Origin: Acidobacteriota bacterium
GTDB taxonomy: Bacteria; Acidobacteriota; Terriglobia; Versatilivoradales; Versatilivoraceae
Length of the DNA stretch: 55,327 nt
Assembly (NCBI GenBank): GCA_009841055.1
Contig: VXMN01000112.1
Location: forward strand, 1 to 55,327
Direction: 5' to 3'
Below the pieces are notes generated by a model. The model worked only from the letters and a program-made list of their open reading frames with translations. It was not told where the DNA came from and did no database searches. Positions 38,124 to 48,700 of the stretch are shown here, one piece after another. Numbering within the stretch: the first letter of the stretch is position 1; each line of letters starts with the position of its first letter. The translations under genes were made by a program, and so were the position numbers.

Positions 38124-38302
38124 CCCACCCGGGAACGCGGGCGTCCCGCCCGCATGCACTGCCGTAACGAGCCGCTGGTTTGCCTACGATAGTGCTCGCG
38201 GGTGGGTCACTTCCTTGCAAGGTGGGCTGGACTCGCCTTTGCAGGGTTCGTTGCGAGTGTGCCACGTCCTATGCGGGCGAGACGCCCGCGCTCCCGGGTG
38301 GG
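38124..38302. repeat. Inverted pair of REP-like GC-rich palindromic units (38124-38155 and 38271-38302, 30/32 identical as reverse complements)
   Basis: Each 32-nt unit contains a perfect 7-bp stem: gcgggcg-tcc-cgcccgc (38137-38153) and gcgggcg-aga-cgcccgc (38273-38289). The units are 115 nt apart, in the 430-bp gap upstream of sucC. Confidence 0.75.
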
Positions 38303-38472
38303 CTTCATTCCGTGACGCCGTCGCAGCAACGGCCGACTGTTTCTTCCTCGTATGTTCCTCCCGGGACAGCAGGCACCACCCTTGTTTGAAATGGCGGCGG
38401 CTTCCGATATACTTGGGCGCTTCGGAGGCGGCCGGGCAATCCTGTTCGGGGCCGGTTTCCGGGAGTTCCGCC

Positions 38473-39642
38473 ATGAAGATTCACGAGTACCAGGCCAAGG
38501 AGATCCTTAGGGACCACGGAGTCCCCGTGCCTCGGGGCAAGGTGGCGGACACCGGTGAGAAAGCCCGGGAAATCGCCGGCGAGCTGGGCGGACTGGTGGT
38601 CATAAAGGCTCAGATTCATGCCGGCGGGCGTGGAAAAGGAGGAGGGGTCCGCCTGGCCCGTTCTCCCGAAGAGGCTCAGGAGGTCGCCGAATCGATTCTG
38701 GGAATGCAGTTGGTCACTCATCAGACCGGACCCGAGGGACAGACCGTCAAGCGGGTTCTGGTCGAGGAGGGCCTCAAGATCCAGCGGGAGTATTACCTCG
38801 GGATCGCCATCGACCGGGATGCCGGCAAAGTGGTCTTCATGGCGAGCCGGGAGGGTGGAGTCGAAATTGAAAGGGTGGCGGCGGAAAACCCGGAGCTGAT
38901 TCTCAAGGAGGCTTTGGAGCCTGGTCTGGGGCTGACCCCCTTCCAAGCCCGAAAGCTGGCCTTTGGCCTGGATCTGCCTGCGAAGCTGGCCCCTGCCGCG
39001 GTCCGGTTCATGCTCTCTCTTTACCGGGCATTCGAAGCCACCGACGCCTCCCTGGCAGAGATCAATCCCTTGCTGCTGACCGAAGACGGGGATCTCTATG
39101 CCCTGGATGCCAAGATCAACTTCGACGACAATGCGCTCTACCGGCACCCCGGCATCCGAGCGCTCCGCGATACCGATGAAGAAGACCCCCTGGAAGTCGA
39201 GGCCGGCAAGCACGGACTGAACTACATCAAGTTGGACGGCAACGTGGGTTGCATGGTCAACGGGGCCGGGCTGGCCATGGCCACCATGGACATCATCAAG
39301 TTGGCCGGGGGATCTCCCGCCAACTTCCTGGATGTCGGTGGCGGAGCTACTGCCGAACAGGTCCGGAACGCTTTCGGCATCATTCTCACCGATCCCAACG
39401 TCAAGGCCGTATTGATCAATATTTTCGGCGGCATCATGCGGTGCGACATCGTGGCCCGGGGCGTGGTGGACGCCGCCAGGTCCATGCAGTTGGAAGTCCC
39501 CATTGTGGTCCGGTTGGAAGGCACCAACCTGGAACAGGGCCGGGAAATTCTCAAGGCATCCGGACTCAGCCTGACGGTAGCCTCGGGCATGCAGGATGCA
39601 GCCGAGAAGGTGGTTCGATTGGCATCGAGGTCAACGACGTGA
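38473..39642 (+). CDS. sucC: Succinyl-CoA synthetase (ADP-forming) beta subunit
   Basis: ORF 38053..39642 trimmed to ATG 38473 ([20 protein letters not shown]...). GGRGKGGGV is present. Confidence 0.95.
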   Translation: MKIHEYQAKEILRDHGVPVPRGKVADTGEKAREIAGELGGLVVIKAQIHAGGRGKGGGVRLARSPEEAQEVAESILGMQLVTHQTGPEGQTVKRVLVEEGLKIQREYYLGIAIDRDAGKVVFMASREGGVEIERVAAENPELILKEALEPGLGLTPFQARKLAFGLDLPAKLAPAAVRFMLSLYRAFEATDASLAEINPLLLTEDGDLYALDAKINFDDNALYRHPGIRALRDTDEEDPLEVEAGKHGLNYIKLDGNVGCMVNGAGLAMATMDIIKLAGGSPANFLDVGGGATAEQVRNAFGIILTDPNVKAVLINIFGGIMRCDIVARGVVDAARSMQLEVPIVVRLEGTNLEQGREILKASGLSLTVASGMQDAAEKVVRLASRSTT

Positions 39643-40520
39643 GCATTCTGGTCGACCAGGACACGAGACTTGTCGTGCAAGGCGTTACCGGACGCGAGGG
39701 AACCTTCCATACCCTCCAGTGCATCCGGTACGGGACGCAGGTCGTTGCCGGGGTTACCCCGGGCAAGGGCGGAACCGTTCATGAGGAGATTCCCGTTTTC
39801 AACAGCATGGAACGGGCCTGCCGGGAGACTGGCGGCAACGCCTCGGTGATCTTCGTCCCTCCCGCAGTGGCTGCCGATGCCATCATGGAAGCCGTAGACG
39901 CCGGGGTCAACCTGGTGGTCTGTATCACCGAAGGGATTCCCACGCTCGACATGATCCGGGTTCGACAGTTCATGGCCGGAAAGAAGTCCCGCCTGATCGG
40001 GCCCAACTGCCCGGGGATCATTTCTCCGGGCAAATGCAAGATCGGGATCATGCCCGGCGCCATCCACCGGGAGGGCACGGTCGGGGTGATCTCCCGAAGT
40101 GGCACCCTGACCTATGAAGCCGTGCAGCAGTTGAGTTCCCGGGGCATCGGTCAATCGACCTGCATCGGCATCGGGGGAGATCCCATCATCGGCACCTCCT
40201 TCGTGGACGCCCTCCGCCTCTTCAAGGATGATCCGGGAACGGAAGCCATCGTGCTGATCGGGGAGATTGGAGGCACGGCCGAGGAAGCCGCCGCACACTA
40301 TGTGCATTCCCATCTTTCCAAGCCGGTTGTGGGATTCATCGCGGGTCAGACAGCTCCTCCCGGAAGGCGCATGGGGCATGCGGGGGCCATCATCAGCGGG
40401 GGCCAGGGTACGGCGGAGGAGAAAATCCGCCTGATGGAGGAGTGCGGACTCCACGTGGCCCGAAGCCCTGCCGACATCGGCGAAACGACGGCCCGGGTTC
40501 TGCCGGGGCAGTCTTCTTGA
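39639..40520 (+). CDS. sucD: Succinyl-CoA synthetase alpha subunit
   Basis: In frame within ORF 39249..40520. GTG 39639 overlaps the sucC stop (GTGA). Sequence [20 protein letters not shown]..., with SRSGTLTYE and the phosphohistidine loop MGHAGAII. Confidence 0.93.
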   Translation: MSILVDQDTRLVVQGVTGREGTFHTLQCIRYGTQVVAGVTPGKGGTVHEEIPVFNSMERACRETGGNASVIFVPPAVAADAIMEAVDAGVNLVVCITEGIPTLDMIRVRQFMAGKKSRLIGPNCPGIISPGKCKIGIMPGAIHREGTVGVISRSGTLTYEAVQQLSSRGIGQSTCIGIGGDPIIGTSFVDALRLFKDDPGTEAIVLIGEIGGTAEEAAAHYVHSHLSKPVVGFIAGQTAPPGRRMGHAGAIISGGQGTAEEKIRLMEECGLHVARSPADIGETTARVLPGQSS

Positions 40521-40557
40521 AATGACACCCTGCTGCCGGCGTGGCCCACCGACGCCC

Positions 40558-40587
40558 TTGCGGCCTCCGACTCGAAAGGGGCCGCAA
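40558..40587 (+). terminator. Perfect 8-bp stem hairpin between sucD and ndk (possible weak terminator/attenuator or RNA-stability element)
   Basis: ttgcggcc-N14-ggccgcaa followed by acctttcatcg. The U-tract is poor, so the assignment is tentative. Confidence 0.3.
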
Positions 40588-40615
40588 ACCTTTCATCGCT
40601 ACTGGAGGCTTTCCT

Positions 40616-41038
40616 TTGAGTCCGCAACGCACCCTGTCAATCATCAAGCCGGACGGCGTAGCCCAGGGCAACGTCGGGGACATTCTGAAACGGTTCGAGG
40701 AGAAGGAATTCCGGATCAAGGCTCTCAAGATGCTGCGCTTGAGTCCGCGGCAGGCCGCGGGATTCTACGCGGTGCACCGCGAACGAGGCTTCTTTCAGGA
40801 CCTGGTTCGCTACATGAGCTCCGGCGCCGTGGTGGTGGTGGTCCTTGAAGCCCCGGATGCGGTGGTTCGCCTGCGGGAGCTGATGGGAGCCACCGATCCC
40901 AGGCAGGCTGCAGAAGGAACCCTGCGCAAGCTGTACGCCACCTCCATCGAAAAGAACGTCGTCCACGGATCCGACAGCGATGAAAATGCCCGCAGGGAGA
41001 TCCAGTACTTCTTCAGCGATTCGGAGTTGCCGGATTAG
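40616..41038 (+). CDS. ndk: Nucleoside-diphosphate kinase
   Basis: ORF 40541..41038. The likely start is TTG 40616, 7 nt after GGAGG. Sequence (M)SPQRTLSIIKPDGV... with the NVVHGSDS active-site motif. Confidence 0.92.
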   Translation: MSPQRTLSIIKPDGVAQGNVGDILKRFEEKEFRIKALKMLRLSPRQAAGFYAVHRERGFFQDLVRYMSSGAVVVVVLEAPDAVVRLRELMGATDPRQAAEGTLRKLYATSIEKNVVHGSDSDENARREIQYFFSDSELPD

Positions 41039-41112
41039 GCGGACAGATTCCGGCGCCGGCTTGATTGAAGCAATTGAGGGACTAGCCACAAGGGATCAAC
41101 AAGAGATATCCA

Positions 41113-41343
41113 TTAAGGAGAACGACGAACCACAAATGGACACGAATGAACACGAATAAACGGATTGATGAGTTGCTAATTTTGGGGGAGGGGTGACAAG
41201 CGATATCAAGGGGTTTTCGACGAAGGACACGAAGCGGTACCAAAGTAACAAAATCGCAGAAGTATGTTGGTGTCGCTTGTCGCTGAAGAAAGGCGATCTT
41301 TATTCGTGTCTATTGGTGTCCATTCGTGGTTCGTCTTCTTTAA
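41113..41343. repeat. Nested imperfect palindrome of about 230 bp (MITE-like or long-hairpin intergenic element)
   Basis: The outer arms 41113-41160 and 41299-41343 are about 85% complementary (...cgaaccacaaatggacacgaatgaacacgaataaa / tttattcgtgtctattggtgtccattcgtggttcg...). An inner stem gacaagcga/tcgcttgtc is present. The region is lower in GC than its surroundings. Confidence 0.7.
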
Positions 41344-41450
41344 CGATCGGCTCTAGCGATCACTTGTTTTTCCTCAAATGATCCGCCCGCCAGGATAGGG
41401 ACCCGACTTGCCGGAGCCCTCCGCGCTTTCCGGCGGGTGGGAAGGGTCAC

Positions 41451-41663
41451 ATGGCTAAATTCTTCATTGCCCTGGGACTGGTTTTTCTGGCGATAGGCCT
41501 GATATTGAATTTTGCCGGCCACTTGTCTTTCTTGAAGTTGGGCCGGCTCCCCGGAGACCTGGTCTTCAAGCGAGACACCTTTACCCTCTATCTCCCGTTG
41601 ACCACCTCCATCGTGCTCAGCATTCTCCTGACCCTGATTCTGTCCTTCTTTTTCCGGCGGTAA
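41451..41663 (+). CDS. DUF2905-family small membrane protein
   Basis: 70-aa, 2-TM ORF with the characteristic LGRLPGDLVFKRD loop. Confidence 0.75.
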   Translation: MAKFFIALGLVFLAIGLILNFAGHLSFLKLGRLPGDLVFKRDTFTLYLPLTTSIVLSILLTLILSFFFRR

Positions 41664-41675
41664 CTCCTGGTTTCG

Positions 41676-43085
41676 GTGGCTGCCGAGGTTGCCCAAGAAC
41701 GCATGCGTTCCCTTCCCACTCAACGAATCTATGGGGTCTCCGAAATCACCGCCGAGGTGAGATCGCTCCTGGAGGGGGAATTTCAGGGCGTGCTGGTCGA
41801 GGGAGAGATCTCCAACTGGACCGTCTCCAACGCCGGGCACATCTACTTCGCGCTGAAAGATGCTCGAGCCCAGTTGAAGTGCGTCTGCTTCCGCGGCAAA
41901 GCCCGGCAGCTTCGCCAACGGTTCGAAGACGGCGACCAGGTCCTGGTCCGAGGAAGCCTGGGGGTCTATGAGCTCCGAGGCGAATATTCCCTCTATGCCG
42001 ATTCCATTGAACCCAGAGGGATCGGCGCCCTGCAGATCGCCTTCGATCGACTCAAAGCCAAGCTCGAGGCCGAGGGCCTGTTTGACGAAGCCCGCAAGAA
42101 ACCCTTGCCGGTTCTCCCTCGGACCGTCGGAATCGTGACCTCACCCACCGGAGCCGCAATTCACGACATTCTGCGGACCTTGAACCGTAGTCGCCAATCG
42201 ATCCCCGCGCTGCTGTTCCCGGCCAGGGTCCAGGGAGAGGGAGCCGCGGAGGAAATCGCGGCCGGCATCCATACCCTCAACGGCATTCCCGACGTGGACC
42301 TCATCATTGTCGGCCGCGGCGGAGGATCGATGGAAGACCTGTGGGCCTTCAACCAGGAACCGGTCGCCAGAGCCATCTCGGTCTCCCGGGTTCCCGTTAT
42401 CTCGGCGGTGGGTCACCAGGTCGACTTCACCATTTCCGATTTCGTCGCCGACATTCGGACCTCGACTCCGACCAGCGCAGCCGAGATGGTGGCTGCGACC
42501 CGGGAAGAGCTGGCCACCCGGTCAAGCCATCTTCGAGGTCGGCTGCAACAGATTTTGCAGCTCCGGCTCAGCCAATTGCGCAACCGCGTGCTGGAGTTGT
42601 CGGCCAATCGTGCCTTCGAGTCGGCGCAGGGCCGCATCCGTTCGCAGCGACAGTGGTTGGACGAGATGGGCTTTCGTCTCGGCGGGTGGACCCGGAGCAC
42701 CCTGACATCCCGGAGGGAGTTCTGGCGCCTGACAGCCGAGCGCCTGGAACGCTTCAACCTGCGCCACCTGGTGACCCAAAGACGAAAAGCCCTGAATCTG
42801 TCCGCGGAGCGGGCCGCCACCCAAATTCGCTTCACCCTGCAAGCCTTTCGGGCTCGACTCTCGGCGCAAACCGGGGCACTGCGCAGCCTGGGCCCGGCAG
42901 CCGTGCTGAACCGGGGTTATTCCATCTGCCGGGACGCCGAGGGGACCATCCTCAAGGACGCGGCACGGCTGCAAACAGGAGATCCGTTTTCCGTTACTCT
43001 TTCCAAGGGGAATATCGCGGCGCGGGCGGAGCGCATCGAGACCTCCCGGGACCTCGGCAGGACAGCCGAGCAGGAGGAGCCATGA
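41676..43085 (+). CDS. xseA: Exodeoxyribonuclease VII large subunit
   Basis: 469-aa ORF with an OB-fold N-terminal part (VLVEGEISNW...GHIYFALKD), GIVTSPTGAAIHD and RGGGSMEDLWAFN. The start is GTG 41676 or ATG 41703. Confidence 0.92.
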   Translation: MAAEVAQERMRSLPTQRIYGVSEITAEVRSLLEGEFQGVLVEGEISNWTVSNAGHIYFALKDARAQLKCVCFRGKARQLRQRFEDGDQVLVRGSLGVYELRGEYSLYADSIEPRGIGALQIAFDRLKAKLEAEGLFDEARKKPLPVLPRTVGIVTSPTGAAIHDILRTLNRSRQSIPALLFPARVQGEGAAEEIAAGIHTLNGIPDVDLIIVGRGGGSMEDLWAFNQEPVARAISVSRVPVISAVGHQVDFTISDFVADIRTSTPTSAAEMVAATREELATRSSHLRGRLQQILQLRLSQLRNRVLELSANRAFESAQGRIRSQRQWLDEMGFRLGGWTRSTLTSRREFWRLTAERLERFNLRHLVTQRRKALNLSAERAATQIRFTLQAFRARLSAQTGALRSLGPAAVLNRGYSICRDAEGTILKDAARLQTGDPFSVTLSKGNIAARAERIETSRDLGRTAEQEEP

Positions 43086-43324
43086 CCCAGACCCACTACA
43101 AGGACTTTGAATCAGCCATGAAACGGCTCGAGGAAATCGTCAAGATCCTGGAGAGGGGCGAACTGCCGCTGGCATCCCTCCTGGAGATGTACGAGGAGGG
43201 AGTGAAGCTGCAGAATTTCTGCCAGGAGAAGCTTGACGAAGCTGAACGCAAGGTCGAAATCCTGGTCCGCAAGAGCGAAGGAGCCCTGGAGCGGGAACCT
43301 TTTTCCGGCGACACTCAGCAATAG
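43082..43324 (+). CDS. xseB: Exodeoxyribonuclease VII small subunit
   Basis: ATG 43082 overlaps the xseA stop (ATGA). The 80-aa helical protein contains FESAMKRLEEIVKILERGELPLASLLEMYEEG. Confidence 0.9.
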   Translation: MTQTHYKDFESAMKRLEEIVKILERGELPLASLLEMYEEGVKLQNFCQEKLDEAERKVEILVRKSEGALEREPFSGDTQQ

Positions 43325-43330
43325 CCGACG

Positions 43331-44077
43331 ATGAAGGAAAGGATCGACAAGCTGCTGCTGGCCCGCGGCCTGGCCCGGAGCCGTCATCAGGCACAGGCCC
43401 TGGTCCTGGCCGGCTCCGTACTGGCTGACGAGCAACGGATCGACAAGCCCGGGACCAGGGTGGATTCGGCATCGAGGCTTCGCCTCAAATCCGAGGCCAG
43501 GATTTATGTCTCCCGCGGAGGACGGAAGCTCGAGCATGCCCTGCAGCATTTTTCAATCGACGCCGGTGGAAAGATCTGCCTGGATATCGGAGCCTCCACC
43601 GGAGGGTTCGCCGATTGCCTGCTCCGGCACGGCGCCGCCAGGGTCCATGCAGTCGACGTCGGACACAATCAACTGGACTGGAAGCTGCGAAAGGATGGCC
43701 GCGTCCGCAGCCTGGAGGGGGTCAATGCCCGCTACCTGAAGTTTGAGGACATAGGAGAGACCGTTGACCTGATCACGCTGGACCTGTCCTTTATCTCGCT
43801 TTGCCTGGTTCTGCCCGTGCTCGGTGTTTTCCAAGAGCCCGCGACCCGCGTCGTCTGCCTGGTCAAGCCCCAGTTTGAGCTGGGCAAGGGTCAGGTCGAG
43901 AAGGGGGGCATTGTCAGAAACCCTCAGAAGCACCGCCTGGCCGTCGACAAAGTCAGCGCTTGCGCCAGGGATCTGGGATATCGACTCCTGGGATCGGTTC
44001 CCTCCCCGATCCTGGGGGCCGAGGGGAACCGGGAGTTCTTTCTGGTGTTGGGCTCAATCACTCCGGCGCCTTGTTGA
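43331..44077 (+). CDS. tlyA: TlyA-family rRNA (cytidine-2'-O)-methyltransferase
   Basis: 248-aa ORF with an S4 domain (RIDKLLLARGLARSRHQAQ) and the SAM motif LDIGASTGGF. Confidence 0.9.
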   Translation: MKERIDKLLLARGLARSRHQAQALVLAGSVLADEQRIDKPGTRVDSASRLRLKSEARIYVSRGGRKLEHALQHFSIDAGGKICLDIGASTGGFADCLLRHGAARVHAVDVGHNQLDWKLRKDGRVRSLEGVNARYLKFEDIGETVDLITLDLSFISLCLVLPVLGVFQEPATRVVCLVKPQFELGKGQVEKGGIVRNPQKHRLAVDKVSACARDLGYRLLGSVPSPILGAEGNREFFLVLGSITPAPC

Positions 44078-44131
44078 AGCCGGCCATCCGGCTCGCATAT
44101 AATCCAACCGTCTCCCCCAGGGACCTCCGTA

Positions 44132-45673
44132 ATGCCCCCTTCCCACGATTGCGTTCTCATTCTGGATTTCGGCTCGCAATACACTCAACTCATCGCCCGA
44201 CGGGTCCGGGAAGCCAACGTCTTCTGCGAAATTGTTCCCTTTGACCTGCCCTTCGAGCAGATCCGGCAGCGCCGGCCCAAGGGCCTCATTCTCTCCGGCG
44301 GACCGGACTCGGTCTATGGAGACCAGGCGCCCCGTACTGCCGCCGAACTCTGGCGGCTGGCCGCTCCCGTCCTGGGGATCTGTTACGGATTCCAGCTCCT
44401 GGCATTGGAGCTGGGAGGCAAAGTCGAAGCGGCAGGCAGGCGTGAATACGGTCTGGCGGAATTCAACCTCGAGTCCGAAAGTCCGTTGTTCCGGGGTGTC
44501 AAGATCCGATCCAACGTGTGGATGAGCCACGGAGATCACATCGTCCGGCTCCCTCCGGGATTTCGTCCGACGGGTCTTTCAGCCAATGCCCTGGCCGCCG
44601 CCGAGAATCCGGACCGCTCCATCTTCGGCCTGCAGTTCCATCCCGAAGTGGCCCATACCGAAGAGGGCAAACGGATTTTGGAGAATTTTCTCTTCGGGAT
44701 TTGCGGGTGCCGGGGGGATTGGACGCCATCCCAATTCATCGAAGAGTCCGTCGATCGCATTCGGAGGCAAGTAGGCCCGGGTAAAGCGATTTGTGGCCTC
44801 AGCGGCGGTGTCGACTCGACGGTGGCCGCTGTTCTGGTGGATCGGGCCATCGGCGAGAATCTGACCTGCATTTTCGTCAACAACGGCGTGCTGCGAAAGA
44901 ATGAGTACGTTCGGTTGCTTTCCCGGATGCAGGACCAGCTCAAACTCCACGTTCGCGGAGTCGACGCCGGCGAACGATTCCTGGAGCTGTTGTCCGGAGT
45001 GACCGACCCCGAGCGAAAACGCAAGATCATCGGAAAGGAATTCATCGCAGTCTTCGAGCGTGAAGCCCGCCGACTGGGCCGGGTGGACTTCCTGGTTCAA
45101 GGGACCCTCTACCCCGACGTTATCGAATCGGTCTCGGTCAAGGGCCCCTCGGCCACCATCAAGTCCCACCACAACGTCGGCGGCCTGCCTGAGACCATGA
45201 AGTTGAAGCTGGTGGAGCCCCTGCGCGATCTGTTCAAGGACGAGGTCCGCAACGTCGGCAGGCAGTTGGGCCTGGCCGAGGAAGTGGTCGGGAGGCAACC
45301 CTTCCCGGGGCCGGGACTGGCTGTCCGCATCCTGGGCGAGGTGACCCCATCCAGGGTGGAGCTCCTCCAGGAAGCCGACGAAATCGTCGTCAGCGAGGTG
45401 AGGCAGGCCGGTCTCTACCAGGACATCTGGCAAGCCTTCGCCGTTCTGTTGCCCGTAAAGAGCGTCGGTGTCATGGGGGATGAACGCTCCTACGAGTACA
45501 CCTGTGCGGTGCGGGCGGTACACTCCAGGGACGGGATGACCGCCGATTGGGTCAAGCTGCCCTACTCCGTGCTGGAGAGAATCTCGACACGTATCGTCAA
45601 CGAAGTCCAGGGAATCAACCGGGTGGTCTACGACATCAGCTCCAAGCCGCCCGCCACCATAGAGTGGGAATGA
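44132..45673 (+). CDS. guaA: GMP synthase (glutamine-hydrolysing)
   Basis: 513-aa ORF with GATase motifs GICYGFQ and QFHPE, the ATP-PPase motif SGGVDSTV, and a C-terminal PPATIEWE. Confidence 0.96.
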   Translation: MPPSHDCVLILDFGSQYTQLIARRVREANVFCEIVPFDLPFEQIRQRRPKGLILSGGPDSVYGDQAPRTAAELWRLAAPVLGICYGFQLLALELGGKVEAAGRREYGLAEFNLESESPLFRGVKIRSNVWMSHGDHIVRLPPGFRPTGLSANALAAAENPDRSIFGLQFHPEVAHTEEGKRILENFLFGICGCRGDWTPSQFIEESVDRIRRQVGPGKAICGLSGGVDSTVAAVLVDRAIGENLTCIFVNNGVLRKNEYVRLLSRMQDQLKLHVRGVDAGERFLELLSGVTDPERKRKIIGKEFIAVFEREARRLGRVDFLVQGTLYPDVIESVSVKGPSATIKSHHNVGGLPETMKLKLVEPLRDLFKDEVRNVGRQLGLAEEVVGRQPFPGPGLAVRILGEVTPSRVELLQEADEIVVSEVRQAGLYQDIWQAFAVLLPVKSVGVMGDERSYEYTCAVRAVHSRDGMTADWVKLPYSVLERISTRIVNEVQGINRVVYDISSKPPATIEWE

Positions 45674-45760
45674 CAACCGGTCCATGAATCGCTCCCGTCG
45701 ATTGGTGGTTCCCGCCATCACCCGACGGGCTTCCATCACTTGTTTCAGCCAGAGAAACCG

Positions 45761-48700
45761 ATGAGCTCAGAAGACTTCGTTCACCTGCACCTCCACACCG
45801 ACTTCAGCCTGCTGGACGGCGCTTGCGCGGCCGAGCCGCTCATGAAGCGCCTGTCCGAGCTCGAGATGCCGGCGGCGGCCATCACCGATCACGGCAACCT
45901 GTTCGGAGCCATGAGCTTCCACAAGGCGGCTCACAAACACGGCATCAAGCCCATCATCGGCTGCGAGGTCTACGTGGCCCGAGGAGCGGCCGGTGAACGG
46001 GCGGGAGGTGACAAGTCCAACCACCACCTGGTCCTGCTCTGCGAAAACGCCACCGGATACCGCAACCTGGTCAAGCTGGTGTCCCACGGATTCCTGCAGG
46101 GCTTTTACTACAAACCGCGCATCGACAAGGAACTCTTGTCCCGGCACCAGGAGGGACTGATCTGCCTTTCGGCCTGCCTGAGCGGAGAGGTCTGCTCCAA
46201 CCTGGCCGAGGGACACTACGACCAGGCTCGTCAAGTCGCAGGTGAATTCCAGGACATTTTTGGGAAAGACCGCTATTTCATCGAGCTTCAGGATCAGGGC
46301 CTGGAGGTCGAACAGCGAATCAACCCCGAACTGGTTCGGCTGGCCAAGTCCCTGGACATTCCAATCGTCGCCACCAACGACTGCCACTACGTGACCCAAC
46401 AGGACTCCCGCCCCCACGAAGTGCTTCTCTGCATCCAGACCGGCAAGACCATGAGCGACCGCAACCGCATGCGTTTCGCCACCGACCAGTTCTACGTCAA
46501 GAGCGCCCGCGAAATGGCGGACCTCTTCCGGGACCATCCGCAAGCCATCCGGCAAACTCTGGCCATCGCCGAACGCTGCCAATTTCAGTTCGAAGAAGCC
46601 GACCAGACCTTTCCGCATTTCGAGGTGCCCGGAGAGAAGAGTCTGGACGAGTATTTCGAGCAGGTGTGCTGGGAGGGATTCGAAGCCCGGGCTCCCTATT
46701 GGAATTCCCTGCAGGCTCGAGGAGAGCTGAAGCTCCCTCCGGAGGCTTACGAGGAGCGGCTCAAGCATGAAATCGGAATCATCAAGGAGATGCGCTACCC
46801 GAGCTATTTCCTGATCGTCTGGGACTTCATGCGCTACGCCAGGCAGCAGCGGATTCCGGTCGGCCCCGGCAGAGGTTCGGCGGCAGGGAGCCTGGCCTCC
46901 TACTGTCTGAAGATCACCGACATCGATCCCCTGCAGCACGGATTGCTGTTCGAACGGTTCCTCAACCCGGAACGGATCTCCTTGCCGGACATCGACATCG
47001 ATTTCTGCACCAACCGGCGCCAGGAAGTCATCAACTACGTGACCCGGAAATACGGCCGCGACAACGTCTGTCAGATCGTCACCTTCGGGACCATGGCGGC
47101 CAAGGCTGCCGTCAAGGACGTGGGCCGAGGCCTGGACATGCCTTACGCCGAGGTGGACCGCATTGCCAAACTGATTCCGGCGGAAATCGGTATGAAGCTG
47201 GCCAAGGCGCTGGAGACAACTCCCGCCTTGCGCTCCATGATCGCCAAGGACGAGCGGGTACGTGAGCTTTTCGACATCGCCATGCGACTGGAGGGAATGG
47301 CGCGCCACGCTTCCACCCACGCCGCCGGCGTGGTGATCTCCCCGGTACCCCTGACGGAGATCGTCCCCCTGTACAAGAGCAACAAGGACGAAATCACCAC
47401 TCAGTACGCCATGGACTACCTGGAGGAGATCGGGCTGCTCAAGATGGATTTTCTGGCCTTGACAACCCTGACCGTCCTCGACCAGGCAGTCAAGCTCATC
47501 CGTCAGACCACCGACAAGGAAGTCGACCTGGCAACCCTGCCGATAAACGACGGCAAGACCTACGAGATGTTCTCCAAGGGGTTGTCCAACGGCATTTTTC
47601 AGTTTGAAAGCGCCGGCATGAAGGACATTCTGCGGCGTTTCAAGCCGGAAAAGCTGGAAGACCTCACCGCTCTCAATGCCCTCTACCGCCCCGGACCTCT
47701 CGGAGGCGGAATGATCGACGACTTCATCAAGAGGAAGCACGGCCGCAAGAAGGTGGCCTACGACCTGCCCGAGCTGAGGGAGATTCTCGAGGAAACCCTG
47801 GGGGTCATCCTATACCAGGAACAGGTTCAGCAGATCGCCAACAAGCTGGCGGGCTATTCGCTGGCTGAAGGGGATCTGCTGCGACGGGCCATGGGAAAGA
47901 AAAAGCAGGAGGAGATGGAAGCTCAGCGCGAAAAATTCGTTGCCGGCGCCCAGGCCAGGGGATTCGATGCGCGCAAGACCGCGAGAATCTTCGACCTGAT
48001 GGTGAAGTTCGCCGGCTACGGGTTCAACAAGGCCCACTCCGCCGCCTACGCGATCCTGGCCTACCAGACCGGCTACCTGAAGGCCAACTATCCGGTCTGC
48101 TTCATGTCGGCGCTGCTGACCAGCGAAATCAACAACAGCGACAAGATCGTGAAGTACATCAACGAGTGCCGGGACCTGGGCATCAGGATCCTTCCTCCCG
48201 ACGTCAATGTGAGCGACCTCCACTTCACTCCATCCGGGCCGGAGATCCGATTCGGCCTGGCGGCCATCAAAAACGTGGGCACCAACGCCATCGCCTCCAT
48301 ACTTGAGGCCCGAAAACGGGTTTCCCGGTTCGGATCCCTGTTTGAATTCTGCGAGGAGATCGACCTGCGGGTGGTGAACAAGCGGGTCGTCGAGAGCTTG
48401 ATCAAGGCAGGAGCCCTGGATTCCCTGGGAGGCCATCGCTCCCAGTTGCTGGCTTCGCTCGATCGCGCCATCGACTCGGGCCAGCGGATCCAGCGGGACC
48501 GGGAATCGGGCCAGCGAGGACTTTTCGCCGGCTTCAACGGTGCTCCCTCGAGCGACGACCGGGCGCTCCAGCTCGCCCGCGAACTGCCCGACACCGCGGA
48601 ATGGCCGCAGACACTGGTCCTTGCCAACGAAAAAGAAGCCCTGGGGTTCTATATCACGGGACACCCGCTGGAAAAGTTCGTGAAACAGATCGAACAGGTT

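Noticed and set aside
36061-38265. Very long antisense ORFs opposite real genes: 734 aa opposite mpl (36061-38265 -), 657 aa opposite dnaE (45767-47740 -), 637 aa opposite the ABC genes (8907-10820 +), 530 aa opposite frdA (21420-23012 -), and 553 aa opposite cobN (17641-19302 +).
   Set aside because: Their translations are Arg/Pro/Gly/His-rich low-complexity strings with no recognisable motifs. The opposite strand encodes unmistakable conserved proteins in each case. Long shadow ORFs are expected at this GC content.
38053-38472. N-terminal extensions offered by the ORF track (sucC from 38053, prolyl oligopeptidase from 11096, frdA from 21390, sucD frame from 39249, xseB frame from 42341).
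   Set aside because: The conserved protein N-termini begin at internal ATG/GTG/TTG codons with good Shine-Dalgarno spacing or start/stop overlaps. The upstream parts run through repeats or neighbouring genes.
41193-41381. 62-aa ORF inside the 41.1-kb palindromic element.
   Set aside because: It is a translation of the repeat arms (..LLVSIRGSSS..), AT-rich, with no coding signature. It is an artefact of the palindrome.
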